Positions 23,790 through 37,105 of a stretch of DNA of 64,000 nt are shown one piece after another (positions within the stretch are counted from its first letter, which is position 1; each line of letters begins with the position of its first letter). The notes under the pieces are model-generated. The model was not told where the DNA came from. It searched no databases and was given only the letters and a program-made list of their open reading frames with translations. The position numbers and the translations under genes are program-made. This DNA comes from Podospora anserina (lineage: Eukaryota): contig CM030334.1 of the NCBI GenBank assembly GCA_017654855.1, forward strand, positions 2,790,001 to 2,854,000. The letters run 5' to 3'.

Positions 23790-26183
23790 TCACAACCCTT
23801 TCCCCTGCTCCCCCATACCAACCCCCCCCAAACTAGTCAACGTACTCTCTCCCTCTTCCTCCCCTTCCTCCACCTCCTCATTCCCCACCCCCATCATCTC
23901 CCTCCTCCTCAACCTCGTCCTCCTCTCCTTCCTCCCCCTCTTCCGCTCCCTCATCCTTTCCCTCACCACCCTCCAATCCTCCTTCCAGTTCTCAATACAC
24001 CTAAACAGCTCCGGGTCCGTCTCGTCCGGGTCGACAAACTCCCCCACCAGCGTCTCCACCGCCCTCAGCTTCAGCCTCAAGTGCCTCAGCTCTGACTCGC
24101 TAGACGCAAGGTCATCCTCCAGATCGGAAAGCTCTTTTTCCAGATCCAAAATCCGTTCGGCAGCCGCCTCGGCGCGTTGGATGAGGAGGGTGTGGATGTG
24201 CTAAAAGATTACATCGTCATCATCAGCATATATTCAAGACCCAAGGGAGAAAAGGGGGCATACATCAGTCTCCTCCCTCCTGTTCTTCAACCTCTCCACC
24301 ACGACCGCCAGATCCCGTCGCAACTCGTCCGCCTCGGCGGCGATCCGCTCCGTCATTTCCGAGTGCGCCCGGGCGGCTTCCTTGGCTGCTTCGAGGGCTT
24401 CGTTTGTGGCTTCGGCTGCTGCGTCGAGTTCTGGTTGGGTTGGGGAGGAGATTGAAGTAGAGAAAATCTCGCTTGATTTGATCGGGGAGAGGACTGCTGA
24501 CGGCAGGAGCCAGGGCGGTGGTGTGGTTGCGAGGGCGGGGGGGAGGATGAGGGAGCGGCGCAGTTGGGCGAGGGAGGCGGAGGGGGAGAGGGTGTCGGGC
24601 ATTGATTCTATGGACTGGTGGAGGTTGATGTTGCTGGTGTGGGTGGGGGATTGGTTGGGGTGTTCTTGGGCGGAGGAGTGGGCGGTGGTCTCCTGGGAGT
24701 GTTGGAGGGGTTCTAGTTCTGATGATAGCCTCCTAGATGTGTTTGGTTTCCTGGGCGAGGTGGTTGAGAGGGCTCTTTCCATTTCGTCTACTTTGGCATG
24801 TAAGATGTCGATGGTGTCGAGGTCGGCTGTTGGATTTGAAGTTGCTAATCGGTGGAGCAAGCCTTCTAGGCGGTCGACCAGAATCGCTTTGCTGTTTTGG
24901 GTGATTTCATCGGTCGGTTGGTCGTGGTCGTAGATAAAACTCTGCTGCAGTCTGTCGGTTTCCCGTTCACAGGGAAGATTTTGCCTCTCCATGACCTCGT
25001 CATTCGTATCGCCCTCGCTTCGGTCATCGCCTGCCTGAGCCTGAAAAAGATCCAGCCTGTTCATTACCTCGTTGTTCGTGTCACCCTCACTATGATGATC
25101 GTGTTGTTGCTCCCAGATAAGGCCCTGCCTGTCCATGGAGTGCTGATTTGTGTCACCGTCACTTTGATAATCGCCTTCCTGATCCCTGAAAAGGTCCTGC
25201 CTGTTCATGACCTGCTCGTTTGTCTCGTCTTCACTTTCATCATGAGGTCGTGGGTTGTAAACAACGCTCTGCCTGTCCACAACCCGCTGCCCCTCCGTTT
25301 CACCCTCGCTTTCCTCGTCGGTTCCTTGGTCATAAGCAGGATTTTGCCCATCCCCAAATTCTTGGTCGTCTGACTCCTGCTCATCCCCATCTTCATATTC
25401 AGCTCCGTTCTCGCCTTCATCTTCTTCATCAACCTCATCCTCCTCATCAGTCCCATCCTCCTCCCCATCGTCGTCTTCATCCTCATCCTCATCATCAGCC
25501 TCTCTGTCATGGCTGAGAACCTGCCTGCTTTCTCCTCGTGGCTCATCCTTCTCACTCTCATCTTCAAATTTATGGCCGTAGATCTGACTCAATCTCATCA
25601 TGATGTCTCGCTCACTCCTCTCAGGCCGCTGCTCTTCCTCGACTTCATGATCAACCCCTCGATCATAAATCAGACTCTGCCTATTCATAACCTCCCCCTC
25701 ATCCCTCTCATCCTCCTCATCCTCATCATCCGCATCATGAGTAATGCTCGTCTCCTCCTCAATAACCTCCTCATGATGGCCAGCCGACATCCAAGCAGGA
25801 ACCTTTTGTTGCAGCGGCGATACCATCGGTGGCCCAATCCCAAGATGACCAAGACCCAACCCAACAACACTACTGCTCAGCTGCAGGGGAGATGGCTGTG
25901 TTGGAGTCCGAAGATGAGAACCATGCATTGACCGGGAAGTAGATGGTGGGGAAGGTGTGAGAAGGGGGGGTGTTTTGGGTGGTCGGGGAGTGGTGGCGGG
26001 TGGTGGTGTGTGAGACAAGACATCATCATCGTGCCTACTACTGTGAAAACTCGGATGATCCGAATCGTGGGCCAAATCGGTCTTGCTGAGGAGCAAAAAG
26101 GACAAAGCGGGGGAGGAAAACGGCGAAAGTGATGAAAGCGATGGTATGGGTTCCCACTCGTCCGTGTTTTCATCGCCGGACAT
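23790..26183 (-). CDS. Hypothetical acidic protein with C-terminal coiled coil; intron 24201-24263
   Basis: 649-aa ORF spliced (GTATGC...TAG) to HIHTLLIQRAEAAAERILDLEKELSDLEDDL...LRHLRLKLRAVE; internal 24-aa repeats. Confidence 0.8.
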
Positions 26184-27765
26184 GGTGCTGTCTTTGTTTA
26201 CAAAAACGGGGTTATTAACACAAGGGCTTGTAAAGTCGTCGTAACGTCGTTAGTTGTTAATGGAAACAGGTTGTCAAGACATTGGTGGTATTCAAAAACT
26301 GTCCTCCTCTGATTAACCGCGACAGTTGGATATGATGGATTCACATTGAGGGCGGCATTCACAGGTCGTTGGGTGGTCATTTATGAGAGGTACACCGTAC
26401 ACCACACAGCAACAACACCGATGCGGTGGTGAGTTGAGCCAAGCAAATCGTGAGGCTTCAAACGGCTGCCCCACTTTACTGCTTGAGCCAAGACCCGGCC
26501 AAGGTCAGCAGTCCAGGTGAGCAACCAAGGTGAACTCCCAAGGTGAGCTCGGTGTAACAGGGCAACCCTCTTCAGCTGATGAGGCTGCTGTCGCCCAGCA
26601 ATCTTCCGCATGCCCGGGGATGCAGGACCTCTTCTACCGAGCCGTTCGGATGTCGAAATGCGACGGAACAGCGACATATCTCCGACCTGTCTGTCGTCTG
26701 ATGCCAGCTCATCAACGAGACAGGAGGATCATCGGCTGTTCATCTTGTGAGATATCAACAGTTTGAATGTATGCGCCATATTTGTCTGAAGTCTTTTGTG
26801 GGGTTGTTCTCCAAGTCATCTCCAATGCCTGAGTGCTGAGTCAAGATCATGATGTCAACTGGAGGTTGAATAACTGTAGATTAATCATTAGCTGCCAGAC
26901 AGAACAGATATCCAGCAGGTAGCCGGTGAGGCACCGGCGGGAGCGACAGGAACGAGGCCCCAAGACAAAAACCGTTGCAGGGTCCTGAGATTCAGATATT
27001 GCAGAGAGCAATCGAGACATGCCAGATATATGTGATACAGACAAGACAAGTGATATCCATGGATTGTGAAAGGGAGCCAAGAAGGGGTAAACAGATGCCC
27101 CGCAGCGGACGGGAGCTTCGATGTGGGGTACAGCAGCACAAATCCGGCTCTGCATCGTCACAGCGGTCCGTCATTATTCAGCTAGCGGGGCGCCACACAA
27201 CCCATCGAGTCACCACCAAAAACCCTGGAACGGCCTGTATCCCGGGAAAAGCACATGAACATCTGACACCCCTCCCGGTACCTACCTACCTACCTGACCT
27301 CGTCTTCCTCCTACTCCTACTACACCACTTACCACTTTCTCTACTCCTACTCCTGACTCTGTCTTGACTCCCGTCCTTGACAGGATTGTTCTTATCCGGC
27401 ACTTGACTTGTCAACACAGATTGTTATCTCCTACAGGCGGTTACATCACTGAACACCCACTGAAGCCACACTTCAACCGAAAAGCCTCCGGCACACCGGT
27501 GCGCTGCGTCATTGGGGAGACAGCCGGATCCGCTTGCCTTGCCTCGGCTGTAGCGAAGTCACAGAAGCCTCTCTTTCTCTAGGCCCCGGACCCCCGTACC
27601 CGTACCGAGAAAGCCGTTGTTGCCCGCCTCGAGTCCACTCTTGTTGCGTCGTCTTTGCCTAGTGAGCGCCTCATGCTGCACCTGCACCACTACCACACAA
27701 CACACCGCAGCCAGCCCAGCTAGAGACATATCACCACACCAATTGGTCCTCTCTGAGCCGCAGTC

Positions 27766-29338
27766 ATGTCGTGGAAAAAGAGCGAGAAGTTGATGGACAC
27801 CATCAGGCATTATGCAAGCTTCCCTGCCACCGGGGTAAGCTTGCGCCAGATGGTCCAGTTTGGCGAGAAGCCATCCAGTGGTAAGTTTGTGGAAGCCTCG
27901 TCAAGTTCTGTCTTTGTTTTGGTTATCCCATATTCTAAGTAACCCAGGTACCCTATTCCGCGCCTCACAGTTCCTCGCCGAAGAGCTCCCCATACGGCTC
28001 GCCCACCGCGTCCAGGAGCTCGAGACGTTGCCCGATGGCCTTAATGAGATGCCATCGGTGAAGAAGGTGGCAGATTGGTATGCGCAGTCGTTCGAGGTAT
28101 GTTTTTACAGAAGCTGTTGTCGCTTTGTTGCCCTGGGTCTGTGGAGCGAGCGCGTAGGGGAGGGGGGGGTAGAATTGCATGACTCACCAGAAATCTTGTT
28201 GGCGTCCAGGAAATCACAACACTACCAAGACCGAACCTCGCCAGAGATGTACGAGAGAGATTAATGAAGCCCGCGCAAATAACCGGAGGGAAAGGAAACC
28301 AATGGCTGAGCGAGGCGACACCGAACCCAAGCATCGAGGAGGGCCAGTACAACTCGTGGACGCCAGTGTCGCAGCAAAACGCCGTCAACAATGGCTGGTC
28401 AAAGGGGAAGTTCCCCGCAACAAGAAGATACTTCGCTATGGTCGACGACACGGGAGACTGGCCGCCCGAGCTGCAGCTTTACAACAAGAGGTTCGCCCAG
28501 ACACTGCACCGCATCAAGAGGAGACACGATAGCGTCGTGACCACCATGGCGCAGGGCATCCTCGAGTGGAAGCGCAAGCGGCAACGGATGCAGATCGACA
28601 ACAATATCCAGTCATTCCTCGATCGCTTCTACATGTCACGCATCGGCATCCGCATGCTGATCGGGCAGCACATCGCCCTGACCGATCAGAGCCACTACCG
28701 GGACCCGTCCTATGTCGGTATTATCTGCACCAAGACGTACGTCAAGGACTTGGCTCAGGAAGCCATCGAGAACGCGCGTTTTGTCTGCGAGGACCACTAC
28801 GGCCTGTTCGAGGCGCCCAAGATCCAGCTCGTGTGCAATCCTAACTTGAACTTTATGTACGTGCCTGGGCACCTGTCGCACATGCTCTTTGAAACGCTCA
28901 AGAACTCGCTGCGTGCGGTTGTCGAGACGCACGGCCAGGACAAGCAGGAGTTTCCCGTCACGAAGGTGATTGTGGCCGAGGGCAAGGAGGATATCACGAT
29001 CAAGGTTTCGGACGAGGGCGGCGGTATACCGCGCAGCTCGATCCCGCTTGTTTGGACGTACATGTACACCACTGTCGACAGGACACCAAACCTGGACCCT
29101 GATTTCGACAAGAGCGACTTTAAGGCTCCCATGGCGGGTTTTGGGTATGGGTTGCCGATAAGTCGTCTGTACGCGAGGTATTTCGGTGGGGACCTTAAGC
29201 TGATCAGCATGGAAGGGTATGTTCATTTTCTTCCCCCTTTTCAACTGTCACAGCATACTAATTTCGGCCAACAGCTACGGCACAGACGTCTACCTCCACC
29301 TCAACCGCCTGTCCAGCTCGTCGGAGCCACTCCAATAG
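27766..29338 (+). CDS. Pyruvate dehydrogenase kinase (PDK/BCKDK family); exons 27766-27880, 27948-28096, 28210-29216, 29275-29338
   Basis: PATGVSLRQMVQFG, EELPIRLAHRV, FLDRFYMSRIGIRMLIGQH, FETLKNS, SDEGGGIP, AGFGYGLPISRLYARYFGG, EGYGTDVYLHL. Confidence 0.95.
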
Positions 29339-29710
29339 CAACCAGTCGTCATGAGGGGTGCTAGAACAACATCCCAAGGATTGACGCTGCCGATGCGGTA
29401 TATCATGCGCAAGCGCCTCAAGAGCCCGGAGCAGCTCGAGGTGACGGAAAGGAGGCAGGTCGGCGACGCCGAGGCTACTATTAATCCCAGTGGGGGCGTT
29501 GCTGATAATGCTTGGTTGAGCGGACGGGGGAGGGACAGTGAGCTCTAGGTGGTGATCTGGTTCCTTTAGCCCTGTCTGCGAGGCTGTCTGCCATTTTCGG
29601 GGTGGCATGATATTTATGTTTTTTTTCTTTCTTTTTTTGGGTATCAGGGAGATTTCATGGAATGGAAGGGAAGGAGAGGGTGGGGGGCGTTATATGGGTG
29701 GGATATGTTA

Positions 29711-29711
<1 letters not shown>

Positions 29712-29775
<64 letters not shown>
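29712..29775. repeat. (CA)32 microsatellite
   Basis: Perfect dinucleotide run read directly. Confidence 0.98.
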
Positions 29776-29778
<3 letters not shown>

Positions 29779-30365
29779 CGCTATATTTTTATGGCATGCA
29801 TGGAAGGGGAGTTGAGAGCAGCAAACCAATGCCAAAGGGGGAGAAAGGATGGGCAGAATACGATTTAAGTCCGCCTTGTCTTGGGAAAAGGGGGGGAAGT
29901 GTCTCTTTTGTCGAAAGTTTCATTGAGGGGGGAAGAGTCACTCGCTGAAATGACTCACCAAAAGGGTGAGAGAGTGACGGGAAGTTTCAAAGTTTGAAGT
30001 CGGAAAGAGAGAGAGGAAGGAGAGAGTAGTAGAATACCCCTTTTTTATCTTATGGTCATTGAAACAAAGTTGGATCCCAAAGTTGGCAAGGAGTAGTAGC
30101 AAGGTATAGTAAAGGAAGGAATATATGGAAATATGAACAAGAAATATTTCCACGATTCTTACATGACAAAAATGTGATGAGTGGAATTTTGATATGTATC
30201 AATTCCATGCCTGCCTTGGTTCAAAAACATGGACTCTTCACCTCAAGAGAAACACCTCCCAAATCATAAACACAACCCAACCTGGTTTGCTTGCAATCTA
30301 TCGCTTTCCTTCCCCCCATTATCACAACACCCCCCCCACCCCCCCCTTCCCCTCTCTCTCTAACT

Positions 30366-32365
30366 CTAAGCCTTGTAAAGAATATCCAAAAAACCCCTCG
30401 CCAACTCGACAACAACACTCTTGTTCGGCAGGCTCCCCGCAACCCCATAAAGCGCAGCGCTATCCCCCACCTCCTTCCCCTTTGCCCCCTTCCCCTCCGC
30501 CACCCTCGCCCGTTCCTTTTCCTTCTCCTGCTCCACCACCGCCTCCAGATCCGCCGCGAGCTTCTCCCACACTTTCACAATCGGCAGCGTGAGCGCGACA
30601 TGAATAGCAGGCGGGTTCTGCAGCGCATTCAAATGCCACCCCTTGGCCGACATCCCGTCGGCAATGTCATAAATATTCAGCGTCTTGCTCTTAAACGCAA
30701 TAACTGATACCAACGGGTTGCCCAAGATCTCCAGCTCTTGCGCCAGAACAGGAGACGTGGTAGTGATGTGAGCGATAAGTTTTTTAGTCGCGCCAACAAT
30801 TTCAATGCACGATTGGAGATACCCGTCCTCACCGGTCGACATCAAACTAGCCCAGCACCCCGCAATGAGGGCGCCAGGACGGGAGCCGGCGATGCCAGGG
30901 GAGGCGTACACACCGCCCGACCAGGCTGGATCGACGTAGTACTGGTAACTCCTGAGCTGCTGCGTCCGGTAGAGGACGGTGCTGTTCCCCTTGGGCGCGA
31001 ACCCGTACTTGTGCGTGTCGCAAGAGATGGACGTCACGCCCTTGAGTCTAAAGTCGAATGGCTGGGTTTCGAACCCCGCTCGGGAGAGGAACGGCACCAG
31101 AAAACTGCCGAGGCAGCAGTCGACGTGCAGGGGAACAGACTTTTTGACTGCCAGTTTGGACAGGGCGGCGATGTCGTCGATGATGCCGTGTGGGAAGTTG
31201 GGGGCTGACCCGACCAGGAGAATAGTGTTGGAGTTGATGAGCCGGGCGATGGCGCGGGTGTCGGCTTGGTAGGTTGGTGCTGGGCAGGCAACCAGGTGGG
31301 TTTTGATCTTGAAGTAGAGACCTGCCTTGCGGAAGGCGACGTGGGCTGTTTCGGGGAGGATCCTAGTGGGGGTTAGAAAAGGGGGGGTGATAGATGGGGG
31401 GGGAAATGGATAGGGGGGGCGTACATCTCAGGCTCAGTAACACCCCTCTCGACGTATGCCTTCTGCCTCGCACTCAAACAAGCCATCAAAATCGACTCTG
31501 TCCCTCCACTGGTGCTCACACCCGCCGCCCCAGCAGGCGCGTTAAACAGCCCCAGCACCATCGCCACCACCTCGGCCTCCATCTTCCTCACCCCGGGGAA
31601 AACATCCGGATGAATAGGATTGGCCACGGTAAACTTCCCATACGCCTCCGTCTGCAGCTTCAGCAGCTCATCCTCGCCATGATAAACCGCGCCCGAAACA
31701 AACCCGTCCTCCCAGCGGGTGTGGTCCATATCCGCCAGCGTCTGCAACTCCTTCCGGACGGCATCCTGGTCCCATCCTTCTTTCGGCAGCGTGAGATAGC
31801 GAGTCGCGTTGAGCGGTACGAGTTTTGTCTGGAGTTTTCCCACTGCTTCATCGACCTGTTTCTTGACTTGGTTTCGCACGCCGGGCATCCGGAGGAAGTA
31901 ACCGTACAGAATGCGGCGGAGGTCGACGTAGAGCTCGACGATTGTGCCGATGAGGCCGCGGCCTTTGAGTTTCCATAGGACGCGACGGGTCCAGCGGAGG
32001 ACGAAGAGGAAGAAGATTAGGTTGCGGGCTCTGTTGTTGTTGGAGAGGGTTTGTCAGTTGTGGAGGTTGGCGCAAGATGGTGGGTAGGTTGGTTGGAGGC
32101 CGAGCTTGGCAATGATATGCAACGCTCGGGGCGGGATGTTATGTGAAAGTTGGAGTGTGGCAGCTTGCATCACAGAGTTGCGTGCTTGGTATAAACCGAT
32201 TCTCCCGAGATAGGTAGAAAAGGGACATGAGAAAAGAGGGAAAAAATTCACTGACAAATCCAAGTTCAACATGCCCAACGCCAACGGGCTCCCCGCCCTC
32301 GACCGATTCCTCACATTGTTGAAGCCCTCCCGCAGGCTAACTGGCATGCGCGATGTGCCAGGCAT
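30366..32365 (-). CDS. DPL1: Sphingosine-1-phosphate lyase (PLP-dependent), 3 exons
   Basis: VSGAVYHG, NPIHPDVFPGVRKMEAEVV, TSGGTESILMA, HVDCCLGSF, SISCDTHKYGFAPKG (PLP lysine), GSRPG. Introns near 32030-32253 and 31362-31424. Confidence 0.93.
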
Positions 32366-33901
32366 CTTGAGATTTGGATCTGTTGTTGTTTTACCAATCC
32401 AGTCTCTCGTGTCGAAATATTCCCCCTTTATAATAAACAAACAAATAAACAAACAAACAAAAGCAATTGACCCAAAGAAAACAAACGGGTCAAGATGAGT
32501 CCCCCCTACAGATTCACGTAGGTGGTGTGAAAGTGGGATGAATGGAAGGGAAGTAATGTCTGGGGAAGTGCTTCTGGGCTTGCTTTAGCGGGTGACGCTG
32601 GAGACAAAAGAGCGGAGGCTGTCTCTCCAGCAGGGCCAATTAGCGTGGTAGCCTGCCCGCGCGCGATGGCGATGTGTGAAAGAACCCGCGGCTCCCGGCA
32701 ACCCCACACAAAAGTTGGAGATGGGAGTGAGCCGTTGTCATGCACCTCGCTGGCTGAGGACAATCACATGCTGGGTTTTTTTGTGTAGCTGATCCCATTC
32801 GATAAAACATAGCTTCCCTCCTACATATTCGCATTTCCTATGTCTTCCGCTAGAACAGCTGCCGGTGTGCCACCAATGCTCTTCATCCAAACACGACACT
32901 CACTCAATCACCCATTCAGCATGATCGATTAAAAGGATACCTTCACCCAAAACTACCCTCCCCGCCTCCCAGGTCGTCGTCACACTCTCAACACAGCAAA
33001 AGCTCCGAGGCCTGGTTACGAAATCTGGACAAAGCTGACCATCTGATGCAATCGTGGCACCTGCCTCTGGCTCACGATCGTGCTTGGCGCTGCGCCGCTA
33101 CTGCTCGACCGTTACGTTACCATCCCGAAGCGAAGCCAGCTCGCCTGAGGTCACTGACTGGTGATGACTCGATAAGTGATAAGTTGCAACCCTGGGTTTT
33201 TCCATGAACTCTACAGTCCCCAGGTCAGTTGGTCTGCAGCACCTGCCTGTCGTTCTATCTCAAACAACACCTCATCTCAAAGCAAACATCAACAAAACAA
33301 CACACACAAATGCATCAACCATATGCTTTGATCCTTTCCCCCCTGGCCATGATTGATATACAAGATAAACCAACCCCCCCGCCCCCCCCCTCCCTCCGCA
33401 GACCCTTTCCTCTCTCATATTGCACAGCCCAGTGTGTGACTTCTTTTAAAAACAGCCAGCAACATCACATCATTGCCCGCAATATTACCGACATCATCCT
33501 CATTCATGTCTTCCCTCCCCCACCACGCCGCTCGACCCATGTCTTGCGCGTGCCTACAATTTCAAACAGCACACCAAAGCAAGTCAAAAAGCCCCTGGCC
33601 TCCCCCCTCGCTTTTTTTGTGCAGCCACCCCCAATCGCTATTCCGTCCAAAAGACCCCCCTCCAAAAGATGAAAAATAAATCCTAACGCCTGTATTGACT
33701 GTTTCAACCCAAGTCCCATGGTATGAAGTCAAAAATGATTTAAACGCCCGCAGTGGTGATGCTGATAATGGCGCAATGCACAATCCGCCTGTGTGCCCGA
33801 AAAAGTAGGGTCTGGTTCGGAATTCGTGTCTAATCCGTCGTCATCGTTTGAGTCTGTTTATTGCTTTAATCTTCGAAATCCTCAGGTGCCCCGTTCCTTC
33901 G

Positions 33902-34951
33902 TCAGGATTTGCCAAAAGAGGTTCGCCATTGCTGGACAAATCTTTGAGACTCGGTCTCGCATGCGTTGGCCCCGGCTGATACACAGTCGACGAGCCTGAC
34001 GGCGATGTCTCCGTCCTTGTACTGATCACCCTTGTTGCCTTGGCTGTAGGAGTTCAGGAGACGCTGATCGATGATGGCGAGACGGGCGAGAATGGTGGGA
34101 TGCCACTGAACAATGTGCTCCTAGAGGAGGTCAGTAAGCCTGGCAGCTTTGGAAGTTATGGCAAACAAGTCTTACCAAGGCGTGTGTCTCGGCCTTCTGA
34201 AAGTTGTAGCTCCGGTAAATAGGATCAAACCAAGTGTCCAAGAAGAACTCGCCCCATTCTCCGTTGCGAACGATGAAGCTCCCAACAGACAACCCGTCCT
34301 TGTCCTGCGTGAGAATAAAGTCCACGTCCTGCCCGGTAAGGTGGGAAAATGTCTTGATGATGCTGTCTGGCGGGACAACGGGATGGTCCTTCTTCATGAG
34401 GTCCGTCAACTTGGCCGTCTTCATAATGTGGTCCTCAATCTTCAGCTGCGGGTTCATCACGAAGGCGTTCTGGTCCAGATACCAGAGGAAGTAGGCCTCG
34501 GGATACTTGGTGAGAGCATGGCGCATGGCCACCACTTTGGTCCACGATCCCGGCGCACCCTTCAGATCATAGTCGCCGACATTGGCAAAGAACGTTTGAT
34601 ATCCTGTCAGTCCTGTTAGCCGGCTGTTGTGTGGCTTTGTAGCGGCATCAACATACCATGCTTCTTGGCATATTCTATCCTGTTCTCCTTGATCGTGTCG
34701 ATGTACCCCTTGCCGTACTTGGCCTCGTCGAACACCGTCACCACCACCACCGGCGGGTTACCAGTAGGCATGCGCTTCTTAAGCTTTGGATGCCCATTGC
34801 CGCGGGTGAGCAGGTATATTACCGTCAAGAAGAACAGTCCCGTGATCGCGATGAGCTTGAAGCGGCTTCTCCGTAGCATGGGTAGACGGTTCGACCGAGG
34901 CATGTACGGCGGAGGAATCGACGTCTTTCGTGGGGGTAGTGCGAAATGCAT
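33902..34951 (-). CDS. GT34 (Gma12/Mnn10 family) alpha-1,6-mannosyltransferase subunit, Mnn11-like; 3 exons
   Basis: MHFALPPRK, TM anchor, ENRIEYAKKHGY, SWTKVVAMRHAL, WYLDQNA, LTQDKDGL, AETHALEHIVQWHPTIL; TGA at 33902. Confidence 0.88.
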
Positions 34952-36046
34952 CTTGTCTCGTGGTGGCTTGGATCTTCCCAAGGCTCAGGTTCGATTCCAC
35001 CTAGTCTTCCAGAAGATACCAGTCGAGATTGCTTGCCGGAAGGACGTGTGTCACGGCGAAATCGGGGAGGCCCTTCGAATGTGTTGCGCTGCGTGCTTGT
35101 TACGTACGTAAAAAAAAGCCTGAGCCCGTGGGACTTGGTGTGGGAGCCGTGGCCGCGCTCTCGCTGGTCAAGGGGCTCGCGTATATAATACTGTCGGCGC
35201 AGTCGAGGGTCGAAGTGACAGTCGAGATCAATGGCTAGGAGGAAGGCCGCAAGTTCTGGAAAGGTTGGTCGCACATGGATCAAGATCTAGACATTTGGCG
35301 AGATTGGCTGGCCTCGTACAGGAATCATCGGGCAGATAAGAGTGCCAAGGAAACCGTTATATGGCGATGTGTCGGCGGCTCAGGGCAAATACATTGAAAG
35401 ACGACACCGCTGGATCCTCAAACAACCCTCCTCGTTCAGCAAGACAACAGGAACCTGGATGCCCCCGGCGCGCGTTTTGGAAATTATTTCCAGCTGACAA
35501 GTGTCAGCTCGTTGCAGGCCAGCCACTGCCCCGACTGCCGTTGCCGGTCCCACATTTTATAGAATTCAGGGGCCCGGCAATGACGCTAGCAGCCCGGCAG
35601 CTTATCTCTTATCAGCTTCCCCATGTCACCATCACCAGACAAGCATCATACCCAATTGAACCACAAGTACGATTATATGTTCATAGAATCACCCTATATA
35701 CAAGAGATGGACATAACTGTACCAATCCTGCTGGCAACTTCAACCCACTTCGTACATCAGCATGAAGCTGAGGAGGAAGCAGCACAATGAGTAACGCCCA
35801 AAGAGGCCCTCAAGATGACCAACAGGACTGCCGCATCGCAAAGCCAAACATGAACAGGACAAGACGCCCAAATTCGGCCAGCTATTGCCACGCTTGATCT
35901 CTGCACACAGACTAGTAAGCTACAGCATGGAAGAGCAGCTGTGGAAACTTAAGAGTGTGCAGTACTCCGTACAGGTGGGGGGGGCTCTAGGGGGACTGAG
36001 GAGAACTGGGAGCTTCTAGAACTCGAACAATCACTGTTGGCCACAA

Positions 36047-37105
36047 TCACCTATCCTTTCTTGACTCATCGGTCTCACCGTCTTCGTCATCTTCGTCATC
36101 TTCGGGCTCCGTTCCTTGGACATCCACAACACGGTCGCTGAGCTTCTCAAGAAACTTTGCGCTGAAATGACTGACGGCATGCCAGGTTGCCTGATGATGA
36201 TCGGTCAGTATTGTCAACTCGGTGAGAGGAGAGAGGAAGATGTCACTTACTGCCAAGAATGTAACAACCCCAACAACCACAACAAACCAACTGATGCCCT
36301 CTGTCCCACCTCTTCTTCTGCGACGACCACCGCCAACTCGGATATTGAAAATCTGAAAAGGCGAGATGGCCAACATTGACTTGATAAAACCCAATAGGCC
36401 AAGGGACAGGAAACCCTTGACAAAGTGCATATACCAATTGTCTGACTCCAATTCCTCGACGAGTGGCTGCACTGGTATGTCGAACTCTTCGTCAAACTCC
36501 CCCAATAAAGTTCCGGCGATGGTACCCAGAGGGTCGGCGCCATATCTGATGATGGGGTCGGCAATGAATCCAAGTATGAAGACTGTGATCATCATCACCA
36601 AGATTGTGATGGCTGCCCGTAGCGCCTTGCTTGACAGCCATCGGCTCCATCTCAAGCGCTCCATACGATACTCGAACTTGCAAGTGGGACATCGCCAGTA
36701 ATTCCTCTCCGACATTGGCGCAGCATTTCTCCAGGCCTGGAGGCAACCCTCGTGAACATATTTCTGAGAGCCTTTGCAATTGCATGGGCTCATGAGCCGA
36801 CCCAGCTCGGGATCCTCGGAAACATATCGTACACGAGCTTTTGACGCAAAGACCCGCCCGGCGACGGTATCGTCGAGCTCGGTAGATGGTTGCACGACTT
36901 CCAAACATATCCGGCAAGTACGTGGTTTGTAACGCGGCTGTGGTGGTTCTGCTGGTGTCGGTTCTGGCGCCGTGCCGGTAGGTGCATCCGTGGCGGGTGC
37001 CCGAGGTGTTGTCGTCCAATTGCTATCTTGGTGCGGATGCTCAGGAGATGAAGCACGTACTTCATCGGGCCATGACCATTGCTGTCCCAAAGATTCAGTA
37101 GCCAT
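36047..37105 (-). CDS. RING-CH (RINGv/MARCH-type) membrane E3 ubiquitin ligase; probable in-frame 60-nt intron ~36191-36250
   Basis: CRICLE...PCNCKGSQKYVHEGCLQAW...CPTC (C4HC3), followed by TM segments. Confidence 0.88.
   Translation of the reverse strand: MATESLGQQWSWPDEVRASSPEHPHQDSNWTTTPRAPATDAPTGTAPEPTPAEPPQPRYKPRTCRICLEVVQPSTELDDTVAGRVFASKARVRYVSEDPELGRLMSPCNCKGSQKYVHEGCLQAWRNAAPMSERNYWRCPTCKFEYRMERLRWSRWLSSKALRAAITILVMMITVFILGFIADPIIRYGADPLGTIAGTLLGEFDEEFDIPVQPLVEELESDNWYMHFVKGFLSLGLLGFIKSMLAISPFQIFNIRVGGGRRRRRGGTEGISWFVVVVGVVTFLAVSDIFLSPLTELTILTDHHQATWHAVSHFSAKFLEKLSDRVVDVQGTEPEDDEDDEDGETDESRKDR

Noticed and set aside
29607-29948. ORFs containing HTHTHT or CVCVCV
   Set aside because: Artefacts of the (CA)32 microsatellite.
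32030-32253. Intronic box C/D snoRNA in the long DPL1 intron
   Set aside because: Box C imperfect, the only CTGA is the branch point, and no terminal stem or rRNA guide was recognised.
34985-35000. GGTTCGATTCC, a perfect tRNA T-loop/B-box
   Set aside because: T-stem does not pair, and no A-box or cloverleaf is present; it lies just upstream of the GT34 gene start.
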